Shown in pieces: positions 29,201 through 38,040 of a stretch of DNA of 54,487 nucleotides. Source of the stretch: a virus. Lineage: Duplodnaviria; Caudoviricetes. Below the pieces are notes generated by a model. It was given only the letters and a program-made list of their open reading frames with translations. It had not been told where the DNA came from and searched no databases. Numbering within the stretch: the stretch's first letter is position 1; every line of letters begins with the position of its first letter. The position numbers and the translations under genes are program-made. The DNA lies in the IMG/VR virus record IMGVR_UViG_3300023178_000060, positions 1 through 54,487 of that record, one strand, 5' to 3'.

Positions 29201-30221
29201 TAAACAAAATTGCTGTCGTCGCATCAATTGTTTCTTGGTTTGCCCATAGACTTATACTAGGCGCTGTCCTAACAATAGCATCTAACACTACTGTTGCTTC
29301 TGCTAAATCATTTGCACCAAGAACATCTATTGTAATTTGTACTAGTGTTTCAACGTAAGATGTTTCTGATATAGTACCATTATTACCACTTGTTATTTGA
29401 ACTTCGTTATTACCTGTACTCGGTGTTATAGCTGTGCCTGTAATAATGTCTGGTATAATTGCTTTTAGATGTGTATATGCAGCTACTGTTTGTTCTTTGT
29501 GCGAAGGATCAATTCCAGGATCATTATTATCTAAATGATAAAAGAAAAACTTACTTTGATCATAAGTTGCAGAATTACCACCATATAATACATCATAACA
29601 ACAAGCCTCAATTATGTAAATTATATCTCGAGTGCATTTTGAAACATCGTGGTCTGTCGGAGCATAATTAACTTCTACATATGCATTTATTTCTGCAGTT
29701 ATAAAATCTATATTCGCAAGTAATTTATCTTTAGTTGCAATAACATTTGAACCTGCGGTAATAGGATTAGTAAAATCCAAAGCACTTGCTACTGTTTTAC
29801 CATTTTCAATTATGTTTATAAGCTCAACTTTGTAACTTTCTATTTTGTCTGTTATCGTTTGCGATAGTGGTCCTATAAATTCTCCAGTACCTATTTGTAC
29901 TGTTTTAGTTTCTTCGATTGTATTTGTTATAATCCTAGAAACTGTATTTGATAAATCTAAACTATTTGTTTCTGTAAAACCTAAAAATCTTGCATTATAG
30001 TTAGTGTCAAGACCAACATCATATATTAAACCATCAAATATGTAATCTAAATCTCTTTTACATTTAACTGTATTTTGAACTTCGTCGTTGATATATGCAA
30101 TAATTTCTGATATTATAAAATCTTTATTTGATTCTAATAAACTGCTAGCATTTGGATGAAGGTCTTCTGATAAACCAAAGCCTGGTTTAAATACATAATT
30201 TTTAACTAAAGTTTTTGCCAT
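23223..30221 (-). CDS. Giant virion structural protein (2332 aa; baseplate/tail associated)
   Basis: The N-terminal region has three C-x-R-D helical repeats. The centre has Thr/Gly-rich 'G..LGG..P.N.L.I.V' repeats, and the C-terminal domains are beta-rich (GIFDDQNGIFWE, IQYSWYGAG). Confidence 0.8.
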   Translation of the reverse strand: MAKTLVKNYVFKPGFGLSEDLHPNASSLLESNKDFIISEIIAYINDEVQNTVKCKRDLDYIFDGLIYDVGLDTNYNARFLGFTETNSLDLSNTVSRIITNTIEETKTVQIGTGEFIGPLSQTITDKIESYKVELINIIENGKTVASALDFTNPITAGSNVIATKDKLLANIDFITAEINAYVEVNYAPTDHDVSKCTRDIIYIIEACCYDVLYGGNSATYDQSKFFFYHLDNNDPGIDPSHKEQTVAAYTHLKAIIPDIITGTAITPSTGNNEVQITSGNNGTISETSYVETLVQITIDVLGANDLAEATVVLDAIVRTAPSISLWANQETIDATTAILFRKDEIIENNTFDENYTYNVEKCQRDVRYVLDAYSTDLKYGGNENTRKVVKYYWDQDVAQIDGNRIPEILTHFFIGDLIVENIFQNVAWTNLGGTSQTIDESKQAETSAFSVINNLVSITTQVIRGGLDFIPELSSNSLGYIQIQGKYNLSEILLINNATTNTIIYSFNNNAQGGEIEITDSFRDYNSDFPTYLQTTDGITTLKLRFSTNTMAATDDIQIFVETLENAKSVVITRPYNFGTDAIERNRVAEPLSMLDADFEYGLQPTKWAAISTLRGYPSIYEIPGSDILVSSITTDASSGTNGVGQSLITVTTVGAHGIDVGDPITIKALNDGVTGVARAEGSFVVINVPSNTTLEYYAKAKVGSTAGEDLTNTYSQLRKGRFYTGADIGGAEFTVLSQGANTTITVELDTDPGSTIIPFDGPAPDVGSPASNAKITTGAQVTAVQTTSTGGGLYLTAQVFNDYNTFTNQIDFVDVTGIIDNLAIDNGNGTAVFVESVVGNTVTFTSEVERTFIGETSVYSNLTGSLLAPVGTNATFDITATGTTYTVTINTAGEDYFPGNRIKIAGFLVGSQDNINDINIFVDSVDGVGGITNITASGTAFAGEATLTNFDLPGTGATGTNAVWDIEWLNNVYTVSLVSPDLSQDFDIDDRIIIPYTALQITGTSSSNTLVIRVDSVTGIGNIETFTVESGTGPDQTAVYNNPQYSITGSGTITSIVISQVGTQYFLDQLNATGFAQNDQIQILGSELGGSDPTNNLTITITQVDAGAITATTLSGTAYNYGFVSAASSNVVTSIGAQADITLSAGAYSSVTIVSPGILFYVGQTITIPGNLLLGATPTNDLLLDVTAVDDMNRLVSVVVNTGIASTGVSPVNNVGGTNITPNGNGATFEVTRSSGTYTATVSSGGQNYAVGDRLLIAGNLLGGDQTNSLTIIINEELNGAIQDDSSGTISLEYSSTATGDTVDFISTITISEPTTQPLLSAETVDFTAIATLQITFDNPHGLVPGNTFIVGVTSDDGFNNHNLAAGSFFATNIPALNQLTYTARAVGFIDEDIQAVQTTTILFDSQDPTWWESGVKLVQGANANYIKIRKNSTTLVDVNDIENAAEYAEILSFVPPKWVYTGTAYFYERGTLQNSFTNEWGNTSDLYRLDETITEDEAQDPIVASVYPRPDSFFVHRPYDGGVQLGTGGPQHGAQAIRQSKKYIRYQSGKGIMYTTGALFAPSYDLASVVSTGNEVGSIITITTDNNDHGVQEGGVIRLLGIETPGYNSGPYTAVPPNFDYTVTSVIDEKTFTVRAQRRLGALDAVLGFGAQMSVVSWHGATVRAGIFDDQNGIFWENDGTQISVVQRTGTKQIAGTISLNPDTNLVTGINTRFLDQIKNGDRIIIKGMTHLVTGVDSQTVCYIAPDFRGVSSITGAKVALIVDKKVKQSEFNMDKLDGTGPSGYEIDVATMQMIGIQYSWYGAGFIDFMLRGSDGNFVFAHRMRNSNINTEAFMRSGNLPVRYEVTNEGPPGRLKEDLTDTATELTLYDSSFFPNSGYIYIQNEVIEFTGNDKDNNKLTGLLRPASYSVFQAGALRSFSAGAAATHTAGEGVILISQTITPLISHWGSAFLTDGGFDEDRGYIFSYAATGLSISTTPKTAFLIRLAPSVSNAIIGDLGERELLNRAQMLLKSIEVTSDTGSGALIVEGILNPNNYPTNPNDVAWSALSSQALGGQPSFAQVAPAGGIDWGNTTASTVTISTLASDIDTGFIYNGLYRGNYNPLYLNSGQVQANPIAVGSVIYSQNPDRFTDPSEIFTVTSVNDNGTFGAEIYYQSSLGNNLAQGNQNGGTTYRFVYRNYTGFTNRLLFTKVDFDSSNVTIGTKVSATDTNWPAGTAISNVKLLTLGSVEFYEITFNQTSVGNLTASQNVIFELGASSFAEPGETVFSFITNPGNSSSLDLGELKELTNTPLGGRGTYPNGPDILAINVTKVSGTAINSSIILRWGEAQA

Positions 30222-30223
30222 TT

Positions 30224-31132
30224 TTATATTCCGAATATGATAGAAAATCCAATAGATGCTGTGTCTACATAACTTCTATTTGTGATTGCTTCAGCATCTG
30301 TACTTACTCCAAAAACTAAACCACTAGAGAAACTAGCTGTAGCTGGTGTATTTTGTCCTATTGGACTATTGTCTAGCCGTGTATTGGTTAGAGTTAAATT
30401 ATCACCAAACGTATTATAGATCGGAATTGTTGAACCAATGCTATCAATCTGCCCTATAGTAACGTCATCAATTTTGATTTTGATATTTGTGGTAGGATTT
30501 ATATCTAAGGAAGATGTACTTGTTATTGCCGGTGAAGATGCGCTGAAAAATTGCAGGTTGTTTCCTATGCTTACATTTTTATCAACTGCTACTCCGCCAT
30601 TAACAATTAATGCACCAGTATTTAAATCTGTTGATTCTTCGATATTTTTGACTGTTACAGTATCAAAAATTCCAATAGCTTCAGTTACAACTATAGTACC
30701 AAATTGTGTTCTAGCTTCGTTAGTATAAAATAGTTGCGTAATATTGCTAGATGTAGGAATGTTAATTGTATAATATCCATTACTTTTACCTTGAGCGTCT
30801 CTGCCTCTGAGTCCTGTATCATGCACCATATTACCAGAAAATAATGTTTCTCCATCATCTTCTAAAATATATAATCCTGTACTTGTTAATGTAAGACCAA
30901 AATATACAGTTTCAGTTTTTGAAATTGTTACAGTAGGAAAACTACCAGTTTGTCCAACAATAGAAATAATGCCGTCAACTGTTTCTAAAAATTCATAATC
31001 AAACTCGATTCCTATACTTTCCTCACTCAATGTTAAGGAAGTTGCAGTAATATTTCCTAAAGAATCTACATTAAAAAAAGGACTAGTATATCCAAAATCT
31101 GATTGTACAGGTTGCTTGAATGATTTCCGCAT
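30224..31132 (-). CDS. Virion structural / fibre protein (302 aa)
   Basis: TGALIVNGGVAVDKNVSIG fibre motif; ends NRSYVD..SIGFSIIFGI; GGAG RBS. Confidence 0.65.
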   Translation of the reverse strand: MRKSFKQPVQSDFGYTSPFFNVDSLGNITATSLTLSEESIGIEFDYEFLETVDGIISIVGQTGSFPTVTISKTETVYFGLTLTSTGLYILEDDGETLFSGNMVHDTGLRGRDAQGKSNGYYTINIPTSSNITQLFYTNEARTQFGTIVVTEAIGIFDTVTVKNIEESTDLNTGALIVNGGVAVDKNVSIGNNLQFFSASSPAITSTSSLDINPTTNIKIKIDDVTIGQIDSIGSTIPIYNTFGDNLTLTNTRLDNSPIGQNTPATASFSSGLVFGVSTDAEAITNRSYVDTASIGFSIIFGI

Positions 31133-31162
31133 TAATTCTCCATTATAAAATATTTAGCTTAT

Positions 31163-31567
31163 TTAAAAACTTATAGGAGAAAGAGTTTTAAAGTAGTTTG
31201 CGGAATAAATAAATTTTGCGGTTTCTATTTTTTTATTGACAGGAGTAATCGTTACATCTACATATGACCTATTAACTACTGCTTCTAATTTAACAAGTTC
31301 TCTATTTAATTGAGATCTACCAAAAACTTGTAAATTTGCAATTTCAGTGCTGGCAACAACTATACATTTTATAATTTCTTTATTCTCTGTTGATTCGTCA
31401 ATTAGGATTGTATATTCTGCAGCACATACTTCTCCTATATACCAACGGTCAAAAGTGTTAGAACGACCAATTAATTTCCATGGTCCAGAATGTGTAAATC
31501 CACTATTATTATAAAACGTTAAAGAATTATTAATACCTATACCAAAATATTTTTTAAAAAAATCCAT
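31163..31567 (-). CDS. Hypothetical beta-rich protein (134 aa)
   Basis: ORF within the operon with an upstream ATAAATA box. Confidence 0.65.
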   Translation of the reverse strand: MDFFKKYFGIGINNSLTFYNNSGFTHSGPWKLIGRSNTFDRWYIGEVCAAEYTILIDESTENKEIIKCIVVASTEIANLQVFGRSQLNRELVKLEAVVNRSYVDVTITPVNKKIETAKFIYSANYFKTLSPISF

Positions 31568-31596
31568 ATAATCATTGTTCCAATTTATGATTATAT

Positions 31597-33414
31597 TTAT
31601 GCCGTATTTTTTATAAAAATAAGTTTAGATAATTCTGGTAGATACAAATATTCAATATTACTGTTGATTAAAGTCCTTATTGCATCATCAAATGTTTCGA
31701 CCAATGGTTCGCCTCCTAAATTAAAACTCGTATTAAACAAAATTGGAATATTTGTTTGTTCATAAAACTCTTTAATTAGGTTGTAAAAATGTAAATTTTG
31801 TTCTGCTGTAACAGTTTGAATCCTACAAGTTCCATCGGTATGGATAATTGATGGAATTTTTTCTGCTGTTCCTTCTTTACAATTTACAGCATACATCATA
31901 AATGGTGAATTTTCCATACCTCTAAGGTCAAACCATTCGTGAACATGTTCTTCAAGGATAGTTCCTGCAAATGGTCTAAAATATTCTCTATTCTTTACTG
32001 TATTAACAAAATCTTTTCCGTCTTCAAAAGTTGGATCAAATAATATACTGCGATTGCCTAATGCTCTTGGTCCGTTTTCGCTTTTTCCTTGGAAAATACT
32101 TACAATATTCTTTTCTCTAATTAACTGTATAACTTTTTTGTAATCTGCATCAATTATTTCAGCATTTACACTTTTTAACTTGTCCTCGATATCATTTATA
32201 GAATAATTGTATTTTGGTCCATAGTAAAGCGTTTCTGCTTTAGGATATGATTTACTTTGATTTACTTCATTCCAAAATAATAGAGCTGCTCCCATTGCTG
32301 TTCCGGCATCGTTACTTACCGGTTCTACATATATGTTTATATTTTCATCTCTAAGAGATTCTAAATAGTGATAGTTAGCTACACAATTTAATCCGTATCC
32401 ACCGCTTATAACAACATTTTTTCTACCTGTTAATAAAACTGCATGCTTAATAAATTTTGTAACTTGGTCTTGCGTTTCCATCTGACAAGCATACGCTAGA
32501 TCTCGCCTGTTTTGCAGTGTTGTTACATCACCCTCTATATTATCCTGTAAATAATCAAATAAATTAGCATTTACTGAGGCAGCCATTGGATATAAAGGAC
32601 AAATTAAATTTCTATTTGATATAGGCACAAGTGAATTTGATTCAAATAGTTTTGGTATCTTAGGATTTTCATTACCATACGGAAACAAACCCATAGTTTT
32701 CCCAGCTTCAATAGCTGAAAAATTACAATATTGCGTCACTGCTTCGTATACTTTAACTATACCGGCCCTGTCAGTAACCCAAGCTTGATGTGTCCCTTCT
32801 TCTATAATATTTCTAGAATCTAAATCATCATAATAACTGGCCACAATAGGTTCTTTACAACCATAATTTTTAAAAATTGTTTTTAGGTTATTAGGATAAG
32901 AACAATCTATTATAGATTCAGTTTCAAATACGGTAATAGGGTCTCCTCCGTATTGAATATTAAAAAATGTTCCGCAACCATCAACAACTACTGCAACAGC
33001 ATCGTTGTATCCTGATCTGTAAAAAGCACAAGCTGCATGTAATTTATGATGGATACCACTTAAATCAATTACTTGAGGATGGTTCCTATTATCTATGTTT
33101 ACATTCGTTTCTATTAGTCCTAGCTTTCTAGCTAACCCTGTATATATATCATCTCCCGAATAATCTATTGTTCCTGCAGTGTTGTGTAAAGGAGTAGTAT
33201 GAGCAACTAGTAAGTAATCTATTTTATCTGTGTATTCTTTAATTTTGACAATAGAAGCAAGTGGTCCTCCATCATATTTTTGCCTACTTAGTCTTTCTTC
33301 TTCTATAGAAAATAAGATTTCTCCATCTTTTAACAAGCATACTCCAGCATTGTGCCCTCTTGTAATTGCAGCAATATATCCAGTTTTTAATTTTAAATCA
33401 GAAAATAAATTCAT
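31597..33414 (-). CDS. O-carbamoyltransferase (NodU/CmcH/TobZ family)
   Basis: Motifs GHNAG, EEERLSRQK, HHKLHA, VVDGCG, GKTMGL, GGYGLNCVAN, NDAGTAMG, GPRALGNRSIL, REYFRPFA, HTDGTCRIQTV and NTSFNLGGEP. Confidence 0.96.
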   Translation of the reverse strand: MNLFSDLKLKTGYIAAITRGHNAGVCLLKDGEILFSIEEERLSRQKYDGGPLASIVKIKEYTDKIDYLLVAHTTPLHNTAGTIDYSGDDIYTGLARKLGLIETNVNIDNRNHPQVIDLSGIHHKLHAACAFYRSGYNDAVAVVVDGCGTFFNIQYGGDPITVFETESIIDCSYPNNLKTIFKNYGCKEPIVASYYDDLDSRNIIEEGTHQAWVTDRAGIVKVYEAVTQYCNFSAIEAGKTMGLFPYGNENPKIPKLFESNSLVPISNRNLICPLYPMAASVNANLFDYLQDNIEGDVTTLQNRRDLAYACQMETQDQVTKFIKHAVLLTGRKNVVISGGYGLNCVANYHYLESLRDENINIYVEPVSNDAGTAMGAALLFWNEVNQSKSYPKAETLYYGPKYNYSINDIEDKLKSVNAEIIDADYKKVIQLIREKNIVSIFQGKSENGPRALGNRSILFDPTFEDGKDFVNTVKNREYFRPFAGTILEEHVHEWFDLRGMENSPFMMYAVNCKEGTAEKIPSIIHTDGTCRIQTVTAEQNLHFYNLIKEFYEQTNIPILFNTSFNLGGEPLVETFDDAIRTLINSNIEYLYLPELSKLIFIKNTA

Positions 33415-34349
33415 TTTTGTTTTTTTCCTAATATAGCGTTGATGGTGTAATCTTGGATTTCAGGAGTCATAGCCATAATTGTCTCATGTTTTCGATCAAT
33501 CCTTTCATCCATTGTTATCCTAATTGGACTATACTCTCTTTGGAATTCACCCAAGTCTAAAATATTAAAAGTTTTTTCCTTAGGATATGATACGTTAATT
33601 GGAAATGTAGAACCTATAACCACAGTTGACGGACAACTAACTGCATATGCTAGATGTTGCCCTAAACTATCGCAACCAAAAAAATGATTAGACTGTTTTA
33701 TAACTGCTGCCCACTGTCGTAAATTTAAATTTTCTGGTTGGGCAATATTGTCTTTGCATCCAAATGTAGATGTGTCTAATTTCATTTCTGACATTAATAT
33801 AACAGCAAAATGTTTGTCTTGTAATTTTTTAATTAAAGACTTTAGATCAGCATATTCTATACTTCTAGAAGTACTATCTACGAACGATCCATCTATGTGC
33901 TCAATACCTCTACCAAATGGTTGAACAACAATAATTTTTTGTTTATTTAATGTTTTTTTAATTTCGCTTGTTAACTGCCTACCTAATAAAAGTTCATGCT
34001 TAGACAGTTTGAGTGTAGGTTTAGGTAAATCACGTATCCCTTTATTATTAATTTCTATATCAAAAGCTTGGGATAAACTGCATTTTTGATTATAATATTC
34101 CCAAATCCTATAAGGTTCTAAACTAACAATACTCCTATTTACAAGCTGATCTTTGAACAAATTTTTGTGCCAAATATCGTAAGTACGATGATCTAATGCA
34201 GGATGGCCTTTGAAAAATTCAGTCCCACCTTCGCATACTATAATAAAATCTTTATCAGTTGATTCTTGTTCGTAAAGTTCAAATGCAGGAACAGAACAGA
34301 TAACCCTGCCTGCTCCGCCATTTATAAAAAAAGCTTTTGATCTTTCCAT
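33411..34349 (-). CDS. GT-B glycosyltransferase, GT9 (heptosyltransferase)-like
   Basis: N-terminal GGAGRVICSVP, IVVQP and LRQWAAVIK..FFGCDSLGQHLAYA. The start is placed at MERSK after GGAG, and the stop overlaps the carbamoyltransferase start (ATGA-type coupling). Confidence 0.8.
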   Translation of the reverse strand: MERSKAFFINGGAGRVICSVPAFELYEQESTDKDFIIVCEGGTEFFKGHPALDHRTYDIWHKNLFKDQLVNRSIVSLEPYRIWEYYNQKCSLSQAFDIEINNKGIRDLPKPTLKLSKHELLLGRQLTSEIKKTLNKQKIIVVQPFGRGIEHIDGSFVDSTSRSIEYADLKSLIKKLQDKHFAVILMSEMKLDTSTFGCKDNIAQPENLNLRQWAAVIKQSNHFFGCDSLGQHLAYAVSCPSTVVIGSTFPINVSYPKEKTFNILDLGEFQREYSPIRITMDERIDRKHETIMAMTPEIQDYTINAILGKKQK

Positions 34350-34411
34350 ATTCTCCATTAGTAACTACTATTATATATATGTAAGTTACTTGTAGAGCTA
34401 AAATAATATGG

Positions 34412-35053
34412 TTAGATGTTGCGATCTGGCAATAACCACGGCCAATCAATTTTCCAGTGATCTACATCTGCCATTTGAGTTTTTACATCTTTCATGCCCT
34501 GTAATGCTTCTTGTAAGACTGTTACATCTTCTGGTAGATATTCATCACTGTGATCAGCTAATTCACTTTCTACTGTTGCAATATGTTCATCTACACCTGC
34601 CCAATAATCCTCTTTAGAAATCATATGAGTCCTATAACTAGGCTTGATATATTGTCCGTTTTCATATTTTAATTGTAGATGATTATACACTTCTGTAACA
34701 ACATTATCTTGTGAATATACATATCTATATTCTTTACCGTTTGGTAATGCTTCTACATAATCATCTACTGGATCATGCGTATACTCTTCTGTGAGATATG
34801 CAGCTTCCCAGGGATTTTCATTAGCATCTAAGGTCACAAAATAAATATTTGGATCGTTCTCTGTATGTTGTGACATGTTAATTTCATCTAAGGTTGTATA
34901 CGATCCAGAAATATACTCTATATTTTTTGATACTTTGTTAACTGCTAAAACATGGTATCTGTATCCGTTGTACATGCAATTAACTGTTCTATTTTGAGTA
35001 ACTATACCTGAATATGGTGCATCTGGTATAACTGCTGTAAATGCTTTTTTCAT
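34412..35053 (-). CDS. Hypothetical protein, possible tail-fibre assembly chaperone
   Basis: Follows the fibre-tip-like genes. The C-terminus LQEALQGMKD...DHWKIDWP resembles the YRQALRD..P....WP end of phage tail-assembly chaperones. Confidence 0.5.
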   Translation of the reverse strand: MKKAFTAVIPDAPYSGIVTQNRTVNCMYNGYRYHVLAVNKVSKNIEYISGSYTTLDEINMSQHTENDPNIYFVTLDANENPWEAAYLTEEYTHDPVDDYVEALPNGKEYRYVYSQDNVVTEVYNHLQLKYENGQYIKPSYRTHMISKEDYWAGVDEHIATVESELADHSDEYLPEDVTVLQEALQGMKDVKTQMADVDHWKIDWPWLLPDRNI

Positions 35054-35064
35054 ATTTTTCCTTT

Positions 35065-36063
35065 TTAATTTTCTATAAATCTTATCCTAACAACACCCAT
35101 GCCTCCACGGCCGCCTGAATCTCTGATACTGTTACACATCATAGAACCTGGTGCTCCCCAAGCAGGTGGCGTATACGGAGTACAAGAATAATTGTGTTCA
35201 TAACATGAACACTGCCGTTCACTCCTCCAACAAGCCGATCTTGGTATTCCTCTAGACGGGCTGTGTGACATCATTCCATAACTTCCACCAGCTTGGTTCA
35301 TTGCCATTCCTGCTAATGCTGAACTACGTGCATCCTCCATTCCGGTATACATCATTCCTCCTCCGCCACCATCTGCGTACATGCCCGGAGGCGGTGCTGT
35401 AAAGTAATATGTTTTACACTTAGTATTATGGAATCCACCACCGCAGCAATAAAAGATTGCTTGGCTTATGTTACCTGGGCAATTTATATCTCCACCATAC
35501 GCATTTGCTTGCCATGATCTTGATCCAGATAAATTACAAACTCTTCCACAAAAATCACTAAGGCCAAATCTATCATTACAGAATCCTAATGCTACATAAC
35601 AACAATAGCTCGAAGTTGTACTTGTTTGGCAGATAGAGTTACCACCTAAGCCTCCTTGGGCACACATACAACCATTACCTGTAGATCCAATCCAACACAG
35701 ACATGTAGCATCACCGCATCCAGCAAAGCATAATGACTCACTTTTGAGAGATATTGCAGGTTTTGCATAAATGTAACTTGATGAATTTACAGCTATTGAT
35801 TTTCTTGAATATGCTCCAGAATTTCCAGGTAATCCTACTCCGCAACAGCACATCCGTCCTTGTGATCCACCAGCTCCCCAAATCTCAATAACTGCAGTTC
35901 CGGCTCCGGGAGACTTCCAACATATGCTACCGTCACCATTGTGCTGGCTCCGCCAATTTGCAAGGACATTTCCATTTGTATAGACCCAAAGTTCACCTTG
36001 TTCCAAATTATGTTCCATTGTGTCTGTTATAGAGCGTTCGTATACTAGTTGTCTTAAATTCAT
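35065..36063 (-). CDS. Cys/Gly-rich protein, paralog 3
   Basis: EIWGAGGSQGRMCCCGVGLPGNSGAYSRK, CAQGG, YGGDINCPG and C-terminal RDSGGRGGMGVVRIRF. Confidence 0.85.
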   Translation of the reverse strand: MNLRQLVYERSITDTMEHNLEQGELWVYTNGNVLANWRSQHNGDGSICWKSPGAGTAVIEIWGAGGSQGRMCCCGVGLPGNSGAYSRKSIAVNSSSYIYAKPAISLKSESLCFAGCGDATCLCWIGSTGNGCMCAQGGLGGNSICQTSTTSSYCCYVALGFCNDRFGLSDFCGRVCNLSGSRSWQANAYGGDINCPGNISQAIFYCCGGGFHNTKCKTYYFTAPPPGMYADGGGGGMMYTGMEDARSSALAGMAMNQAGGSYGMMSHSPSRGIPRSACWRSERQCSCYEHNYSCTPYTPPAWGAPGSMMCNSIRDSGGRGGMGVVRIRFIEN

Positions 36064-36066
36064 TTC

Positions 36067-37083
36067 TTATCCTGTTTGTGTATTTCTATCAGTGAAATCT
36101 GGTTCTCCCTCAGGAACAAATTTTATCCTTACCATTCCACTACCACCCCGTGTTGCATGATCTCTTACACCTGAACACTGACTAGGCGGTAATCCTGGAA
36201 AACCGGGAGGTACATATTCTATGCATCCGTGATGTTCATAACAACCACAATGCCTGCTGCCTTTCCAACATCTTGTTTCAGTACCTCCGCCCGAAGGCAT
36301 TTTACTCGCACCATTGAGGGCATAGACATACTGGAACGGACCATTTCCTGACCAATTTGAATGCATTGTATTTTCTTCAATAGGGAAATTTAATTTAACA
36401 CCTTTGTCTGAAAATACTCCAGGAGGTCCTGAAATTGAATATGTAATACTGCATGGTCGATTTGGATGGTAACAGTGCCATACGGTGCAACTGAAAGATC
36501 CTGGACAATTCACATCTCCACCATATGCTTGAGCAGGATTAAAATTCATACAACTTTGATGATAGTTACAGGCAATTCCGCATCTATCGCCGCATATAGT
36601 CCTACAATAACCGTTGCCTCCAAAACAACATACCCCTGATGTGGTAGTTGAGCAATAGCTTACACCACCTCGACCACCTTGGGCACACATGCACCAATTT
36701 CTATCTTGGTATCTAGGATCACTTGAGAGATAGAAGAAACAACTTGCTTCACTGCACCCCCTAAAACAAAGATCAGTTGAGTTGTTGCAGGATTTACCTG
36801 CATATCCACATAGATAATCACCTGCATTGTAGTAGAAGGTTTTCCTAGCATATGCACCTGGGTTGCCAGGTAATCCGACTCCACAACAGCACATTTCCGC
36901 CCCAGATCCTCCTGAACCCCATATTTCAACTGTCATTTTTCCACTATTTACACATACCCACTTGATATTGTTACAATAATTTACATATCCTTGGGGAGCG
37001 TATGTAGAAATATTTCCTGTTTCTAATCTTTCGTATTCAAAAAAGTCAATCTTTTTTTGAATTAAGTCTGATAAATTTGCCAT
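36067..37083 (-). CDS. Cys/Gly-rich protein, paralog 2
   Basis: EIWGSGGSGAEMCCCGVGLPGNPGAYARK, CAQGG, YGGDVNCPG and RDHATRGGSGMVRIKF. Confidence 0.85.
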   Translation of the reverse strand: MANLSDLIQKKIDFFEYERLETGNISTYAPQGYVNYCNNIKWVCVNSGKMTVEIWGSGGSGAEMCCCGVGLPGNPGAYARKTFYYNAGDYLCGYAGKSCNNSTDLCFRGCSEASCFFYLSSDPRYQDRNWCMCAQGGRGGVSYCSTTTSGVCCFGGNGYCRTICGDRCGIACNYHQSCMNFNPAQAYGGDVNCPGSFSCTVWHCYHPNRPCSITYSISGPPGVFSDKGVKLNFPIEENTMHSNWSGNGPFQYVYALNGASKMPSGGGTETRCWKGSRHCGCYEHHGCIEYVPPGFPGLPPSQCSGVRDHATRGGSGMVRIKFVPEGEPDFTDRNTQTG

Positions 37084-37089
37084 GTTTAA

Positions 37090-38028
37090 TTAATTATCCT
37101 TTACAAACCTGATCCTTATAGCTCCGGATCCACCTCTACCGCCATGGTCTCTAACACTAGTACATGGGTGTGCTGGAAAACCTCCATGTCCTGCTGGTGT
37201 ATAATAAACACATCCTTCATTTTCGTAACAACCGCAAGCCTTGCTACTGCCCCAACAATACGTCCATGGATTGCCTTGGCTAGGATTCCTACTTGTTGCT
37301 GCAATGACATATGAATGTTCAGGTCCGCCACCTGACCACTTCGTTGTAACATTATCGGCACCTGGTTGTACCATCATACAGGCTCCTCCAGTACTGTATT
37401 GGTAGGGAGGTCCAGCAATAACTTCAATATATTGACACGGACAAGAGCTCCTGTGAGTATTTGAGAACAAGCAAGAAATATTAGAAGGACAATTAATGTC
37501 TCCTCCAAAAGCTAAACCACACCAAACACATCCTCCTGCCCAAGGTGTATTTTTTATTATACCAGCAGGCATGTGGCTATCTCCAATTTCACATACTGAC
37601 CATCCACCTTTACCACCTTGGGCACAAATCACAGCGGTTGTTGCTTCATTATCAAATGTGTAAAATAGACAAGTTGGTGCCGATACACCTCTACATGATG
37701 TAGCACTAGCATTACCGCATGATTGTCCTATGCATCCACAGATATATGAAGTTGTATAATTGCTAGGAGTGAAACATAATGTTTTCCTTGCATAAGAACC
37801 TGAATTTCCCGGTATGCCGTAACCACAACAGCAAGTTCTAGCTCCTGATCCACCAGCTCCCCATACTTCAACTATAGCTCTACCTGATCCAGTAGGTTGC
37901 CATTTTATTTGGGGAGCATATCCTAAATCCATTGCGGGAGCATATCCCCATATTTCACCTTTTTCTAATCCTACATCTACATAGTTGTCTAAATTCTTAG
38001 ATTGGACTAGTTGCGACAATTTTGCCAT
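37090..38028 (-). CDS. Cys/Gly-rich protein, paralog 1
   Basis: EVWGAGGSGARTCCCGYGIPGNSGSYARK, CAQGG, FGGDINCPS and RDHGGRGGSGAIRIRF. Confidence 0.85.
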   Translation of the reverse strand: MAKLSQLVQSKNLDNYVDVGLEKGEIWGYAPAMDLGYAPQIKWQPTGSGRAIVEVWGAGGSGARTCCCGYGIPGNSGSYARKTLCFTPSNYTTSYICGCIGQSCGNASATSCRGVSAPTCLFYTFDNEATTAVICAQGGKGGWSVCEIGDSHMPAGIIKNTPWAGGCVWCGLAFGGDINCPSNISCLFSNTHRSSCPCQYIEVIAGPPYQYSTGGACMMVQPGADNVTTKWSGGGPEHSYVIAATSRNPSQGNPWTYCWGSSKACGCYENEGCVYYTPAGHGGFPAHPCTSVRDHGGRGGSGAIRIRFVKDN

Positions 38029-38040
38029 TTTTTCTCCAAA

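Noticed and set aside
35065-38028. Cys-rich ORFs as RiPP precursors
   Set aside because: They are over 300 aa with a conserved glycine-rich fold pattern, and no radical SAM, YcaO or lanthipeptide enzyme is nearby.
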